Positions 40,878 to 54,162 of a stretch of 64,000 bases of DNA are shown one piece after another. The DNA lies in contig JALDTO010000235.1 of NCBI GenBank assembly GCA_023515725.1, positions 232,371 through 296,370 on the forward strand. Reading direction: 5' to 3'. Source of the DNA: Amoeboaphelidium protococcarum X5 (taxonomy: Eukaryota; Fungi; Aphelidiomycota). Position 1 is the first letter of the stretch, and every line of letters begins with the position of its first letter. The translations under genes were made by a program, and so were the position numbers. The notes beneath the pieces are model-generated. The model was not told where the DNA came from and did not search any database. It saw nothing but the letters and a program-made list of their open reading frames with translations.

Positions 40878-42527
40878 TCATTAACGATATTAAGAGGTAT
40901 TACCACCATTGTTATTACCATTCGTATTGCGCAAATCAACACCACCAGAGTGGAACATTTACTGCGACTACAACTACTACTATTACTGCAGCTACTACTA
41001 TTGTTACTACTACAGCTGTTGTTGTTTCTGCTGCTATTGGCTAAACTAAAAATCAAAAGTAGCCTTAAAATCATCCAGCATGTTCATAGTCTGCAGCCAT
41101 TAGACAACACGATCTTTCCACGCGCGTAACTGATGACACTCCACCTCAATCTACTTGTACACCAGTTCTCGCTCCTCCAACTCTTTCAGGCGCACTTCCA
41201 TCTCGTTCATGCGCTACTGACGCCTCTATCTACTGCGGCGGGCAGAATCTGTATTCCTAATGCGCTTCAACACGGTCGGGTCCAACTGATTAGGGTCAAT
41301 ACCATGCTCCTTCAGAGTCTACAGAGTAACACCAGGCTCTGAGCGGGCACGCTTACGTGGATCCAGGTTGACTTTAATGCCGAGATCAGAATTTGGCGAA
41401 TCTGAGCGTTCACTCTTCTTGGAGCTGTGATAATCCTCCAATGACTGCTGACTGGTCTCTGTGTTGATTCTGACTCTTCTATTGTTGCCATTACCATTAA
41501 AATTATTGCCAACATTACCAGCTAGGCCCATGTGCGGATCGTCCAAGGATTAAAGGCTATTGTCAAGATCATGATGGTGATGGTTACTCAACGAGACTGA
41601 CTATTCAGTACCAATTGTGGACTATGAAGGGAAACGAGAACCAGCAGCTGACAATCCAGCACCAAGATTGGTATTAGTATTGCTCTTATGCAAGTTTCCA
41701 GAGTTGTTAAGGGTATTGAGTAGCAGCTGGTTGGAGTCCAAGCCAAAGAAATCACTGTTATTCAAGGCGGAAAAGTCAATCGCGGGAGCAGTCATTGTCC
41801 TAGTGTTACCGTTGCCACTAGCAATGCCAAGCCCAGTAAGACTATTCTACCAGTCGTTGATACCACCGGCCAGAGAGGACGCCCACTGAGAGTTCAAGAA
41901 GTCACTACCTCCATTCCCATTGTTATTAAAACCATTCAGAGACGACTGATCAGCCATAGTGGACGGAGCTACCAATGGATTACTACTACTGTTGAGATCC
42001 ATGTTCACAGCATTCAGCCACTGACTACCAGTCTTTCTTCCTAACATATTGAGGCCATACTAATGCCGCTGCTGTTGTTATTACAATTCAGCTAGTGATG
42101 TCACTCCAGCAGCGTTATTAGGCACAGTGGAGCATCGCTTTCGCAGCGCCAACTCTGGATCGAGGAAGGGGTTCTAGAGATTACCACCACCACCACCACT
42201 AATAAGGCTATCAGCGAAATCAACGCCAGCATTCTATTGCTGTTACTGCAACAGCTGTTTATACAGAGCATCGCTGGACAATCCAATGAGATCAGCCTTG
42301 TCATCGGCAGCAATCAAACTGGTCAGGGCATCAATATCATCACCGTCACCAATAACGCGGCTCCCCGAGCCATCAGCATAATTCATAGTCTACATCGGAT
42401 GTCTTTGATTTGTAGGCAGCTACATCCCTAATTACTGTTATTACTACTACAACAGCTGGGAGGACTGGGACGATTGTTGTGAGGCGTTGTCAGCACCGCC
42501 ACCGTTAATGTAGTTTCCAGATAGCAT
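40878..42527 (-). CDS. GCN4/CPC1-like bZIP transcription factor with poly-Q tracts
   Basis: LKRIRNTDSARRSRQRRQQRMNEMEVRLKELE basic region and zipper; Q/N-rich low complexity. Confidence 0.8.
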
Positions 42528-42822
42528 TGACAATTGAAACTTTTTTCAGCAGATGGATAATCCAAGGTGTAAACACTGTATGTAGATATATTACCGAATG
42601 TTCGATAGCGAGAGATTCAAATTCACTATAGTAGAAACTTTTTTAATTTTTGTTACCAAAGAGGTGAACAGTTATTCAAAAGTTCCGGGGGTGTGTGAGT
42701 TGGCAGCGGGATGAGGGAAGAGATAGATAGATATAAAGGGATGGATGGATAGATGTGTGTGAGTATAATTACTGTCGATATCTTTAAGGATAGAAGTGAT
42801 TCACTGTGAACCGCGGGCCGGG

Positions 42823-42829
42823 TGAGTCA
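42823..42829. promoter_or_regulatory. TGAGTCA (GCRE/AP-1) site about 300 bp upstream of the bZIP gene
   Basis: Exact heptamer; autoregulation is an inference. Confidence 0.35.
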
Positions 42830-43350
42830 GAAATCAAATTTGATCGTTTCAGGGGTGGAAAGGAAGGAACGAGATGATGCGCGTCTGCCAATCATATGGG
42901 CTGTCACTACAAACGAGGTGATGGATTAGCTTGGACAGTACCATGAGGTTTAGCATTTCTTAGGCTTTTCATTCGTGTTATAGACTTTACTGTCCTATCA
43001 ATGAGTCCAGATACTTTTATTTTCTGATTTTGGATAGTTTAGAAGAATTTCCCGAATTAAGAGGTTGACGTTCATCGATCGCTGATTACGTGCACAAAAC
43101 TCCTTAAATTTCGCTGCATATTCACGATTGAAGTGACTAACATCAAGCATAGTGGGAAAGTTTAACACTATGTTATGAAGACGGGGTTCCCACAAGATAA
43201 CACTTAACAGTGCCCGAAGATGATTCATTGATCCATACTGATCATCGATCGAGTTTCATTCAAAATACAAAGTATAGAAACCCCCAAGTATCCAGTAGGA
43301 AAGTATTACAAAATTTCTCATTAATTCAGGTGTCAAAAATTAAACAGATC

Positions 43351-46107
43351 TCAGTTTTAGATAGTTAGCAAGGGAGCAGTATCGGTATCCAGACGTGACC
43401 ATGGAAATTTCAAAGTCGCGCACTTCTATGGAAACTCCTTGGTCTTTTCTTTAAACAGTTGGAATCGCTTGGTCCAGGCACGTTCACGGCCCCAAGGGAA
43501 GCCACAAGGCAAACGCCTTGGCTTCTGGCACCAGCGAATCTTACGGAATTAGACAAAGAGCTAGAATGCACCATCAACTGCTTTCTAAGTGAATCCAACA
43601 TTAGTGCATAGGGACGGTTGCATCTTGGTAACATTTCCCTCCATAGAAGATCTAATGTCAGCGTTCACCACTTTGGCATTCACTCTCGCTCCAGATCTTA
43701 CGACAAATAGATTGATAGATGCTTCTCCCAGAGCACTAATAGACAGTGTAGGATTAAAGTGCATTTAGCCTTTAAATGGCACTAGGCAGCCAGATGCAGA
43801 TGCCGACGCGTACCCATTAGCCACAAATTACTGTTTTAATCTAAGCCCAATTCCCACAATCAGAGGTACATCGAAGTTCACACTGAACAGCACAACGTTA
43901 AAGTTGAACAAGTCTCTCTCTACCTCGTGGCACTACTTGAATTTTCTTGGAAATGGGAATTACGCCTACTTTAGCAAAGACTAACTCTCCACTCCAGTAA
44001 CTTGAGATGGAATTCTATTCTTATAACAGGCCTACCCAAACAAATCAATACACTCATCCCAGACGGATCCAGCTATTGCAATGTACATGAAAGCCTCGAC
44101 TGGCTGCTAGTCTCTCTGTGGCATCAAATCGCCCTAAAGTCTAATTACGCCACGCAAAGCATTGAAGCGCTTCTTAAACGCCATCACGTCTACAAAGGTC
44201 TCGCCATTAGAAATCACTTTATGCTCATCAGCCGGCTGCAATGGATTATGAACAGTGAGCTTGTATCCCAAGATGGTGCCCAACTTTTCATTCCCAATCA
44301 CATCAGTCTAATTGGAAAGTTCGATCCACGCAGGATTATTGTTGACTTCCTCGGCAGAAGAAGGTCCAAACTTGGCCCAAACATAATCCTTTACAACTTG
44401 ATTCTCCTCCTTCAGATTATTAGTCAAAATAGCATCAATTTCCTTCATATTCAAATGTTCGGCTGCAAAGTCAAGAGCCATTATACGCAACTCGGCACTC
44501 AGATCAACTCTTTTAAACGCAGTGAGTAACAAATCCTTACCGTAGCCAGTCATATGACGCAGTGAGAAGATGGCGGCATAAACTACATCTGCATTCCCGT
44601 CATTAATAAATGGTGTAATCTTGGGTATGGATGGCTTCTGCCCAGCATTACCAATAGCATGCAAGTACATAATCTTGTCGCTGTCCACGGTGCTCTTCTT
44701 CAAGAACTGCTCCAATACCCACACGCAATGCCATGCATAACGATACATCTTCCACTGGGTGGCAATCTATCTCACTGTAGATCCGAGACTTAGCGCAGCA
44801 GTTTTTTTAATCTCCAGCGTGATTTACGGATTCTCTACAATCTTCAAACTAAAATCCAACATATCACGATGACTTGGCACATATCCGAGAGCTACTAGCA
44901 CACGCTAGACCAGAGGCTGATCGTTAATACTCTTATCTTTCAAAATGAAGTCTCTCACGCGTCTAAACGTATCTTCAACGCCGGTAGCAATAAGAACATC
45001 CACCATGACATTCTAAATGTCCAAGCGATCGATCAAATCAACACACTACTAAGCCAACTTCTTGTCACTTTTAAGCAATTAAACCAACTAGAAGAATTCC
45101 ACAGATGAATTACGGCCATCTTTGACAATAATTTGGGCAAGTCGAATAACTTCCTCTCTCTTCTCTTAATTTTCCTTAGTGTAACCATCGTCCACGCTGA
45201 GGTTCAAATGATCAAAAGGATCTTCACCATCTCCCAAGTCAGCTAGTTTTATGTCAATCTTGACGTATTCAACATCAGATGGAACTGAATACTTTTCTCT
45301 GATAAAGTCGATGATACAATTGATCTCTAGACACCTTAAATCCAAATCAACAGACTATTTATACTTAAGATTCAATTTCATCTCCGCTTTAGTATCGACG
45401 CTGTTCAAATCATCCAATTCTTACGAGTAATCAGATGTTGCAGTGAGAGAGGTGACTGACATATCGGTAGAATCTACAGCGGTCCAAATAGAAACACTAC
45501 CATCAATGGTATCAGACACGTTATCATGTCGACTTTTCTAGATATAAATCATCTGACTACCCTCATCCTGATCTCCCTACGAATTAATCACCTCATAACG
45601 ATACTCATTCTCCCCCGTAACATCCTACTCCATGACGGTGTAATCTTCACCAGGAGAATTATGACCATATTGAGCCAATCTAGAATCTGATTACAGCGAG
45701 GAGACAATACCACGCTTCAAATTGGCAATCCATTCCGGCTCAGACTTACCAGCATATAACTACGCAATCTATCCAATATCATCAATAGAGAACACAACGG
45801 GGTAATGTGGCTCTTCGATTCCATTTCTATTCACGCGCAGATCATTCATTTATAAAGAGTAAATCTTACTCTGATCATTCGAATATCTGATGATATCCAA
45901 TTTACTATCAATATTTACGCGTTACTTCTTGACCATCTACTCAAAATCATTATCGTTACTGAATCTAGCCTTTCCAGTAGAATACTCTATCAACAGATCA
46001 TGACTGTACTCAAACTGTGTAAATTATTACTCCTGCTCGACAGCATGCGATAGACTAGCCATCAAAAGCACGCACACAAAACTTATCACTTTATAAATCA
46101 TTATCAT
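43351..46107 (-). CDS. Large lipid transfer protein (vitellogenin-N/MTP-like), secreted, 918 aa
   Basis: Signal peptide MIMIYKVISFVCVLLMASLSHA; EPEWIANLKRGIVSSLQ, VMEQDVTGENEYRY, AALSLGS, YLHAIGNAG, AELRIMA motifs of the LLT module. Confidence 0.8.
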
Positions 46108-46567
46108 ACACCTATACACGCCCTTACACTGTTGAGAACGAAGAAAAGAGTATCAGTTGACCGACGGATTACAAATCACTGTTGTTTGTTCTGAGTGAAA
46201 GAATGCGGAGAGGAAAGAAAACGCGGCGTATGGGCGCCACCGAGCCGTTATTCTAACACACCAACATTGCGCGCGTTAAGGACTTTTCCCGTTGAATGAG
46301 GAAAATAAGGGGTAGCTGTAATTTGTCTGCTTCAAGATACAGTACAGTAGATATTCTTTGGTTTTAGTGACATTTATTATTTTTGCTGTCTTACACTTAA
46401 GTTTCAAAGATAGATGTGAGTAATATTGTTCGTCAGTCAGCCATTAAGTTTGCAACTGTACTGTTCTTCTCTTCTTTTTTTTGATGACGTGAGGAAAGGG
46501 AACGGTTGATCAACCAAGAGCGTTCGTTATTCTTCATTGTCAGGACTTGGCGGAAATTAATATCACA

Positions 46568-47044
46568 ATGAAACTCACCAATTCTGAAGTATTAGAAAGC
46601 TCTAAGCGATGTAATGAATGATTGTTAAGGATATATTATTCGCTTTCATCAACCTCAATATGTGTAGTGTACTTGATGGGATTCGCCCTGCTGCCCATTC
46701 TGTGGATGTTTAATCTCTTGTATTTTGGACCTCTGCTCGTTCCAAGCCGTTTTAAATCTGATGCAGGTCGCGATGTTGTCATCTCTGCCGGGAAATAGAT
46801 CAATCCAGATTATGACCGGAGCTTATTAGATTCCAGAGTTAGAAAGTGTAAGTATTTATTCATTCGTACCAGTGATTTAAATGCCAATTTGAGGGATGAT
46901 CATGTAGATTTGATTTATTCATCGGTGGGAATGTGTGTGTGGATCGTTATACTAGCAGTGTGGATATCGATTTTTGTTTAGAGGCGACTCGACTGGGGTC
47001 TCACAGGCGATCAGTTAACTGTTGTTGTTCCCAAAGGCACTTGA
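46568..47044 (+). CDS. PSENEN: Gamma-secretase subunit PEN-2, two introns
   Basis: LYLMGFALLPILWMFNLLYF...YLIYSSVGMCVWIVILAVWISIF..RLDWGLTGDQLTVVVPKGT*. Confidence 0.88.
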
Positions 47045-47154
47045 TTGTCACTTTAGAATTAATTAAAGCGTGTTGCCAATTTAATGATGATAAAGTATAA
47101 TATTCGCCTTAGTTTTTATTATGAATGCGCAGTTATTTATCAAGTACAATTTCA

Positions 47155-47784
47155 TCAGACAGTCTTGCTCATAAACTCTGCACACCGACCACTCTGGAGG
47201 AGACCAACGATAAGACCGAACAATCCAATGGCAGATCCGAAAATCTCAATCACCAAAATCTTGACAAAGAGCCGCGAGTCTGAAGCATCTGCTATAGCTG
47301 CACCACTCCCAGTGACACCGATACAGATTCCACACGCCAGGTTACTGAAGCCGACAGTGAGGCCACTCCAGAACAGACCGAACCCGCTAAAATAATTATT
47401 GAGTGGAATAGGATTCGACAAGTCTTGATAGTCTTGCAACTTGGAACTGAATACAATCGCAATAATAATACCGTAGATCGCCACAGCTTCACAGAAAATG
47501 ATGCTGATCAGATTCTTAGTGGTAATCCTAGGCGCTTACACTGCGGCACCTAATATACTGGCGCCTATAATAAAGATGCCCCACGCAGCACCGACAACAC
47601 TCAGAGCGAGACTAAATCCAACACCCATCAGAGCCCACATGTATGGCGATGTCGATAATAGATAATCTCCAACGTTAAACACTTCACCTTGACCGGTGAA
47701 CACCAAATACAAAATATATATAGTGAGAACTACCGATATAAATCCACCCAAGCCATAGCTATATGTCTACAGTGGCTTGTACAT
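47155..47784 (-). CDS. VMA16: V-ATPase proteolipid subunit c''
   Basis: [62 protein letters not shown]. Confidence 0.95.
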
Positions 47785-48032
47785 TTTGTCAATTCGAATT
47801 CACCTTATTTTCTTTATACGGTGAAAAATAGAATTATGGAAGGTAACTCTAAGCGATATTTTACAATGGACAGAACGGAAGAAGAGACGCGATTGGACTG
47901 TTTTAATCTTTATGAAGACAAGAACTTAAGGAAATAGTACTGAGTTTTATTTACAAGACTGAATTTTAGATGCAATAGCATAAAACCTAAAAGACAATAA
48001 ATGGATGAATTGTAAATTTCGGTTTAGTGATA

Positions 48033-50141
48033 TCAAGTGTCATTCTAATAAACCTTCATCTTCTTGCCGAGAGCCTGTTTCCTGTACCTGCCGCGACCTC
48101 TGCCGCCACGACCGCGAGAGTTGTTCAATCGTTGAGCGGACGATCTCTAATCATGACGATTAAAGCTGCCAGTTGCATCCTACTATGACCTCTCTGACAT
48201 TTCTACATCTTCAATTCTGTGACGTATTTAATCCAGAAGTTGCTGCTTCTTCGGATGTCTGTCAAACATAATCTTCCATCCTTCCAGCTGTTCATCTGAT
48301 AATTTGGTGTCTTGTCGCAACTGGGCGCGTTCTTTAGACTTGCGAATTTCAGCATCATTCCGAGATAGAAGCTGCGGATGGTTGACATAGACATCCAGCA
48401 GGAGTCGAAAGTTGACATCATCCAATAGAGTATTGATAGATATAAAACTAGTGCTCTTGTCATCGATCTCGCCAACCTGCACTTACTACCTATCTATATC
48501 ATCACCATCAATTTCATCCGCTGAATCTTCTCCATTGATTTCTTTTGGCTGATATAGTTGTAAGTTGACCAGATCATCTTCATCCACCTCATCTTCATAC
48601 TACGCGTCCAGGATAAACTACTTATACTTGGCATAATCACCAACTTCAAATTTTTTACTATCTAGCACTTGATCGACTTGTTCAACTTTATCCTAAATCT
48701 TTACAAGATTATCATCCACTTTGAGCCTCTTCTCCAACATTTCTCTCAATTGAGCGACTCCATCTTGATCTTTATTATTATTACCCACGACAAACCCATC
48801 AGGCGTCTACTACTACTCTAAAGAATGACTAGATACAAACTTTCTAGGCATATTTACATCAAGTCGCTTCAAAACTTCGGGCAGACGATCATACTCGCAA
48901 AGCTGCGAAATGGTCTCCTCCACACTGTCATTAAAATGTATCAAGCACGCCTCCAAGAATCCTTCGCCGTACAATGGGAATAAGTCCATTACCTGGCTAA
49001 TTTTGAGCGTTCTATCAACATACTGTGGATCGTTGACACTATACTAAGACTGTGTCATCTACACGGGGCTATTTTGACGAGTTATTACGAGACCATCCGA
49101 GCTACTACCATTAACGACGGAATGATGCAAAGTCACGTTCTCTACATGCTTGTTAACAAATTCAACAATGTCCAACGCCTTCTAGTTACCAGCTTCAATC
49201 TCAGCTTACAACAGCTAGTCAATTGATGGAGAGATATGATTCAAGTCCAATAGAACATTGGCATTGATCATAAACTTGATGCTCCTCCCAGACTTATGAT
49301 CCGATATTGAACAATACTAATGGAGCAGCTGCAATGTAGAGACTCTAAGCTCGTCATCTGCTGCCAATTACCATTTAATGATACTTTGCACCAGGCGAAT
49401 AAACTTGGACTTGCATTTAAGAATCACACTCGTGATAATATCATCCATGCCAGTAACATACCCGCCATCAGATTCAACTTAAGAAATAGAACTAGGATAC
49501 AGAAAATCTTGATAGTAAACTAATAAATGTCGCAAAATATCATCCTCATCGTCTTTGAGCATAGCAATTACAGACTTTTAATTAGCATTATAGCAACAAG
49601 TCAAGATCTAATTCAATATTGAAGCTTTCTATGCCAGCTCCAGGTAATCTACTTTAACACTAATCTTACCTTTAAAATATTATCGACTCATGTGCTCAAA
49701 CTCTGCCAGTACATCTCTGCTTAGATCAACGCAATTCTATATTAATTCAGGCTTAGAAGGTAGAAGATTATAGAGTAGCCTTGATATCTGCACTATCAGA
49801 TGCGCATTGTCAATGAACAAACGATACACTTTGAATACAAAATCTGGCGTTATAAGCACATGAAATCGATCATCCTTTATTATAAAGCAGTTGAAATAGA
49901 ATAAGAACTTATGACGATTCTTAAGATGAGTTTAACCTTCTTAGCCAAGAGTTTAAGATACCAATTTATCGCATACCTAATACATAGACTACGTGTCAAA
50001 CTGGAGACTTTCATCAACCATACAGCCAGCCGCGTCACTCACCAACTCAGAAATTAACTGCTCGTCATAATAAAAAGTACCATTATCCAGTGCATCAATA
50101 TATCTATCATAGTTAATCATTACTCCGCCTTAATTGATCAT
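48033..50141 (-). CDS. ASCC2: CUE-domain protein, ASCC2/Cue3-like
   Basis: ISQVMDLFPLYGEGFLEACLIHFNDSVEETI (CUE), YEDEVDED, LSDEQLEGWKIMFDRHP, RG-rich tail. Confidence 0.75.
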
Positions 50142-50303
50142 AAAGGACGTGAATTATGTTGTCCAAGTCCCAAGAAGAAGAAAATGAGAAACAGTGGAGA
50201 CGGGCGCTTTCTCGTTTGTAAAGAAACTCGTCTGCTTTGATCAGCGATAGTAAAATATTTCACAATTTTGTCATCTCAGGTGAACAGTAAAACGATAGAG
50301 AAT

Positions 50304-50718
50304 ATGTATAATAACGTCTAAATAGTAAATGTGAAAGAAGATGAGTAGCAGACAGTATCGAAATTCAACAAGGAACTACGATTGATGATGTATGCTTTTG
50401 GAGATGCACAACAGCCACTCGATGAAAGTGTGCAATTAATGGATCAACTTGTGATCGATTACATTACTGAACTCGTAAGTTTATTACTCCGACATGAATA
50501 ATTTATCGATGATAATAATAATGATCAACGCACACAATGTGTAGGTGTCAGACTCATTGAAAACTAGTGGTAATAAGACGCGTATTAGAGTGGATGATGT
50601 GCTGTTTGCCCTCAGACGGGATCAGAAGAAATTGGATCGCGCCAACGAGCTCCTCCTCAAGTTTGACGAATTGAACAAGGCTCGGAAAGCATTCGACACT
50701 AAGCCTGAAGATTACTGA
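50304..50718 (+). CDS. TAF13: TFIID subunit TAF13, one intron
   Basis: FNKELRLMMYAFGD..PLDESV.LMDQLVIDYI...VDDVLFALRRDQKKLDRANELL...LNKARKAF. Confidence 0.92.
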
Positions 50719-51029
50719 TATGAATTCTGTGAATGTATATACTATTTGCTATAATGATTCTAGTCTTTACTTGAATTGTAACACTTTCACTCATAAAAGT
50801 AGATTCTCGTTTTGGATTTTTTTATATATAAATAAAAAATGAGTCGTCTCATGCAGTGTTGTCTTCTTTCATACAGACACGACATCAACCAATCTGTTGA
50901 AGCAATCGTCGCGTGACGCGTTTCTGTTCCGTTTCATCGTTTCTATTTCTCTCTTCTGTGTGAACTGCCTTTCTCTCTGTAAATCTTTACTGTTTTACGC
51001 ATAACTGTCGTTATCAAGTAAGAATAGAT

Positions 51030-54000
51030 ATGAGTGTCATTTAGAAATCTGTATGTTGTATAGTTTGACTTTCCTGAGATTAATATTAATTTCCTGACTA
51101 TGTATGTAGGTGAAAGATAACGCAAGTCTGCAGAATGAGCTCAATAAGCTGGTGGTTCTGTTTAGTAAGAAGGAGGATGAAACCACCTGGAAATAGTTTG
51201 ATGAAGCAATTACAGTTCTGAATTTATGGTGTGGTGATGAAAATTTATGGCGGTTGTCTGGTTTTAGAGATGGAATGAAAGCTATTGGTGGTGGACTGAA
51301 GCAGTGTCTGCTGAGTGACCGGTCCAAGTTGAGTGGAAATGCATGCAACCTCATAATGAAACTAAGCCAAATATGGCGTTCTGCGGGTGACGCTAGCGAT
51401 GGAGATAATGATGATTCAGAGTCTTTCTAAATTCTGAATGATATCAGTTTTGATGCTCTATTAAAACTTTGTGCCAGGGCGAATAAGATCATCGTTGTTC
51501 GTGGATAGTCTACTTTGTAAGAATTGGCCAAGTGCTTTAGCGCCAGTATTGGATGGCTGATCAGATTTGGTGACCCTGCATTGTGCAAACATCCTAATAA
51601 AAATGTTCGTAACGCAGTAGCTCTCTGTATATTGGTGATTATATCTCAGTACGGGAAGCTGTTATCAGCGAAGTTTGAAAGCGTCATGTCCACTCTTATC
51701 TCTGGTTTTATTGCCGACGCAGATGGCGGTGTCAGAGATACAGCAAAGAGGTGTTTACAAGAATATTGTTCATATGATCTTTCGTCGTGTCAGACTATCG
51801 TAGCCAACCTGCCACCACAGTATGCCAAGTCATGTCAATAGATTTTGAACAGTTACTCTGGTGATGCCTCCTCTGCACCTGTAAGAAAGGCTAATGCTCC
51901 ATCCTCTTAGAAGTAAAAGATTTAACCACAGACTAGAGTAGTTAATGACACTCTTAAAGTTCAAGTAGATGCTGTTACAATAACTCCTTAGTAAGAGGAA
52001 ATATGTGTCAATGCACCAGCTAACTCTGTCATTGGTAAGAATGAAATCAGAATGCGGTCCAGAAAATAGAGAATGACTTGTGCTGTTCTGATGCGTTTGG
52101 ATGAATTTCAAGTCGCTTAGAGTATTACTGATGCACCATCTGTTGTAAGTAGAAGTGAAGTTCAATCTCTGGCACCGAGAGATGATTCAGAGATTGGCAG
52201 AAAGCGTAATATAACTGAGGATTTTAGAGACTTTTTAGAGTTTAAGAATAGAAAGATCAAGAGTGCCCATGCAAGTGATGAGGAAAAGTTGAAGACTGTA
52301 GATGACCTTAATGCTGCTCCTGCTCCTGCTCCTAAGCCTATACTCAGAAAGTTTAAATCAATGAAGTAACAGGCTGCCAAAGATGTAATGTTTGCTCCAG
52401 AAATTGCATCTGCCATATCAATTAATTAGGTGAATGTGGGAGAATTGGAGTAAAGCACCGCGGTGTTAAAAGAGGATTCTATTCAAACCTTTGATGAAAA
52501 GATTAAAGTGTAATGTGAATTGGCGTAATCTAATGAGAGTGATGTTTAAGCTCAGCGCAATGCTCTGAATAAACTGATGGAATATGTGACTGAACACCGG
52601 TCTATATCTGATGAATCTAAATAGTTAATCACTCAGAGTGTATTGCATTGCCTTAACAGTAGCCACCCAAAGGTACTGCATTCAACGCTCGATTTATTGT
52701 TGATGATTTTGAGAAATTAGCCTGCTATTTTGGCACTGAGTTATTCTGAAATCTATGTCAGCCTGTTAAACTTGAGAGTCAAGTAGAGTCACATGCATTC
52801 ATTCATTGATGAAATTATGAACGATATTAAAAATAATCATTTAAAGCCGAATGTGGTCGTGACTCTACTGATAGAGTTGTGTGAAAGAGCTCAAGGAATA
52901 GCCGATGGTGATAGTCTATTATTGTATGGGTGCACGAAATTGATTGAACATGGTGTTCATTATGATTCTGCGTCTCTTTACAAGAGAGTAGTATTGTTTT
53001 GTGTTGAGCTTATCCAGAAGGTTCCGGATGATTAAATGTTGAAGAACTTGGCGGACCATCTACTTAATTTGCAGAAGGAACATTAGAAGACTTTTAAAGC
53101 ATTGTTTCTGCAAATGCCTGCTGATGTCTAGAATTTTTTATTACAGCATGGCGTACAATGTCAGCTATCATCATCTACTGCAACTATAAGTGAGGATTCC
53201 AAGTCTACGCATACACCTCGCAATTAGAACTTGCAGACCTTATCTTAATCTAAAGTCGTACTGTCTAGCAAGGTTGAATATCGCAGAAAAGAGTATGAAG
53301 TAGATGTAGCTTCACCCGTTTAAAATGATGAAGATGTTAACAATGATATGATTGATGTGACGCCTATTCCCTCAAGCAGTATTATTATTGTTGACGTTGA
53401 AAGTATAGTTGACAGTACTCCGACTTAGGCTAGTGTGCTAAAAGGCCATGATGGCATTTAGTTATTCTAATTTTGGGACATTCTGGATAATTGTATTTGT
53501 GATGCTGTGTAATAGTCTCAAATCAGACAGTAGAAATAATTCACTGCTGATGATACTCTTCAACGATTAGTAGAGTGCAAGATTAATGCGGAACAAGCTG
53601 CGGATTTGATACCCCAGCTACTGCTTAAAGACTCCACAACAAATCTGAAGAGGGATCTGGTTGAGGCTTTGATTTGTTTTGGTGGGCATTGCAATGATAA
53701 TATTCTAATATGCAAGCAGTATATATTGTACTTGCTGTTAGATTTGACTTTGCAGGACATCTTCTCTGTTGTACATAGATTATCCGCTGATTCACATTGT
53801 CATCAGTTGTCCATATTTGCTCTGCATGAAAAACTTTTTAATTGTAGTTAAATGAATCTGGCCTCGGAAGACTTATGCTATCTTATGAGATTACTGTTTC
53901 GATAAATCAAATCTGAAGATTCCATCACGGCCGTCAAGTCCCGGGATTGTCTGCAAATGCTCCGCAAGCTTTCAATGTCTGATACAGAGCTTAAGTAAAT

Positions 54001-54124
54001 GTTTAATCAAGAGTCACAAAGCTTCTTTCAGAAAGATGATGGCTAGCAGATGGATGTTGAAAAATTGATACTTGAACAAAAGTTTCACGAACTGGAACTG
54101 CATCGGTCAGGGGATGAGATGTGA
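51030..54124 (+). CDS. CLASP/Stu1-like TOG/HEAT microtubule protein, one intron (~51051-51109)
   Basis: KEDETTWKQFDEAI, LLSDRSKLSGNAC, LLKLCARANKI, HPNKNVR, IADADGGVRDTAK match CLASP-N. Confidence 0.75.
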
Positions 54125-54162
54125 AAATTTTTCAACTTGATATAATGCTCTTATTGTTAAAA

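Noticed and set aside
42998-43228. 76-aa minus-strand ORF upstream of the bZIP gene
   Set aside because: No recognisable family and probably too distant to be a uORF; insufficient support
50910-50921. MCB-like ACGCGT upstream of CLASP
   Set aside because: CGCG words occur in many intergenic regions here, so a single hexamer is not enough
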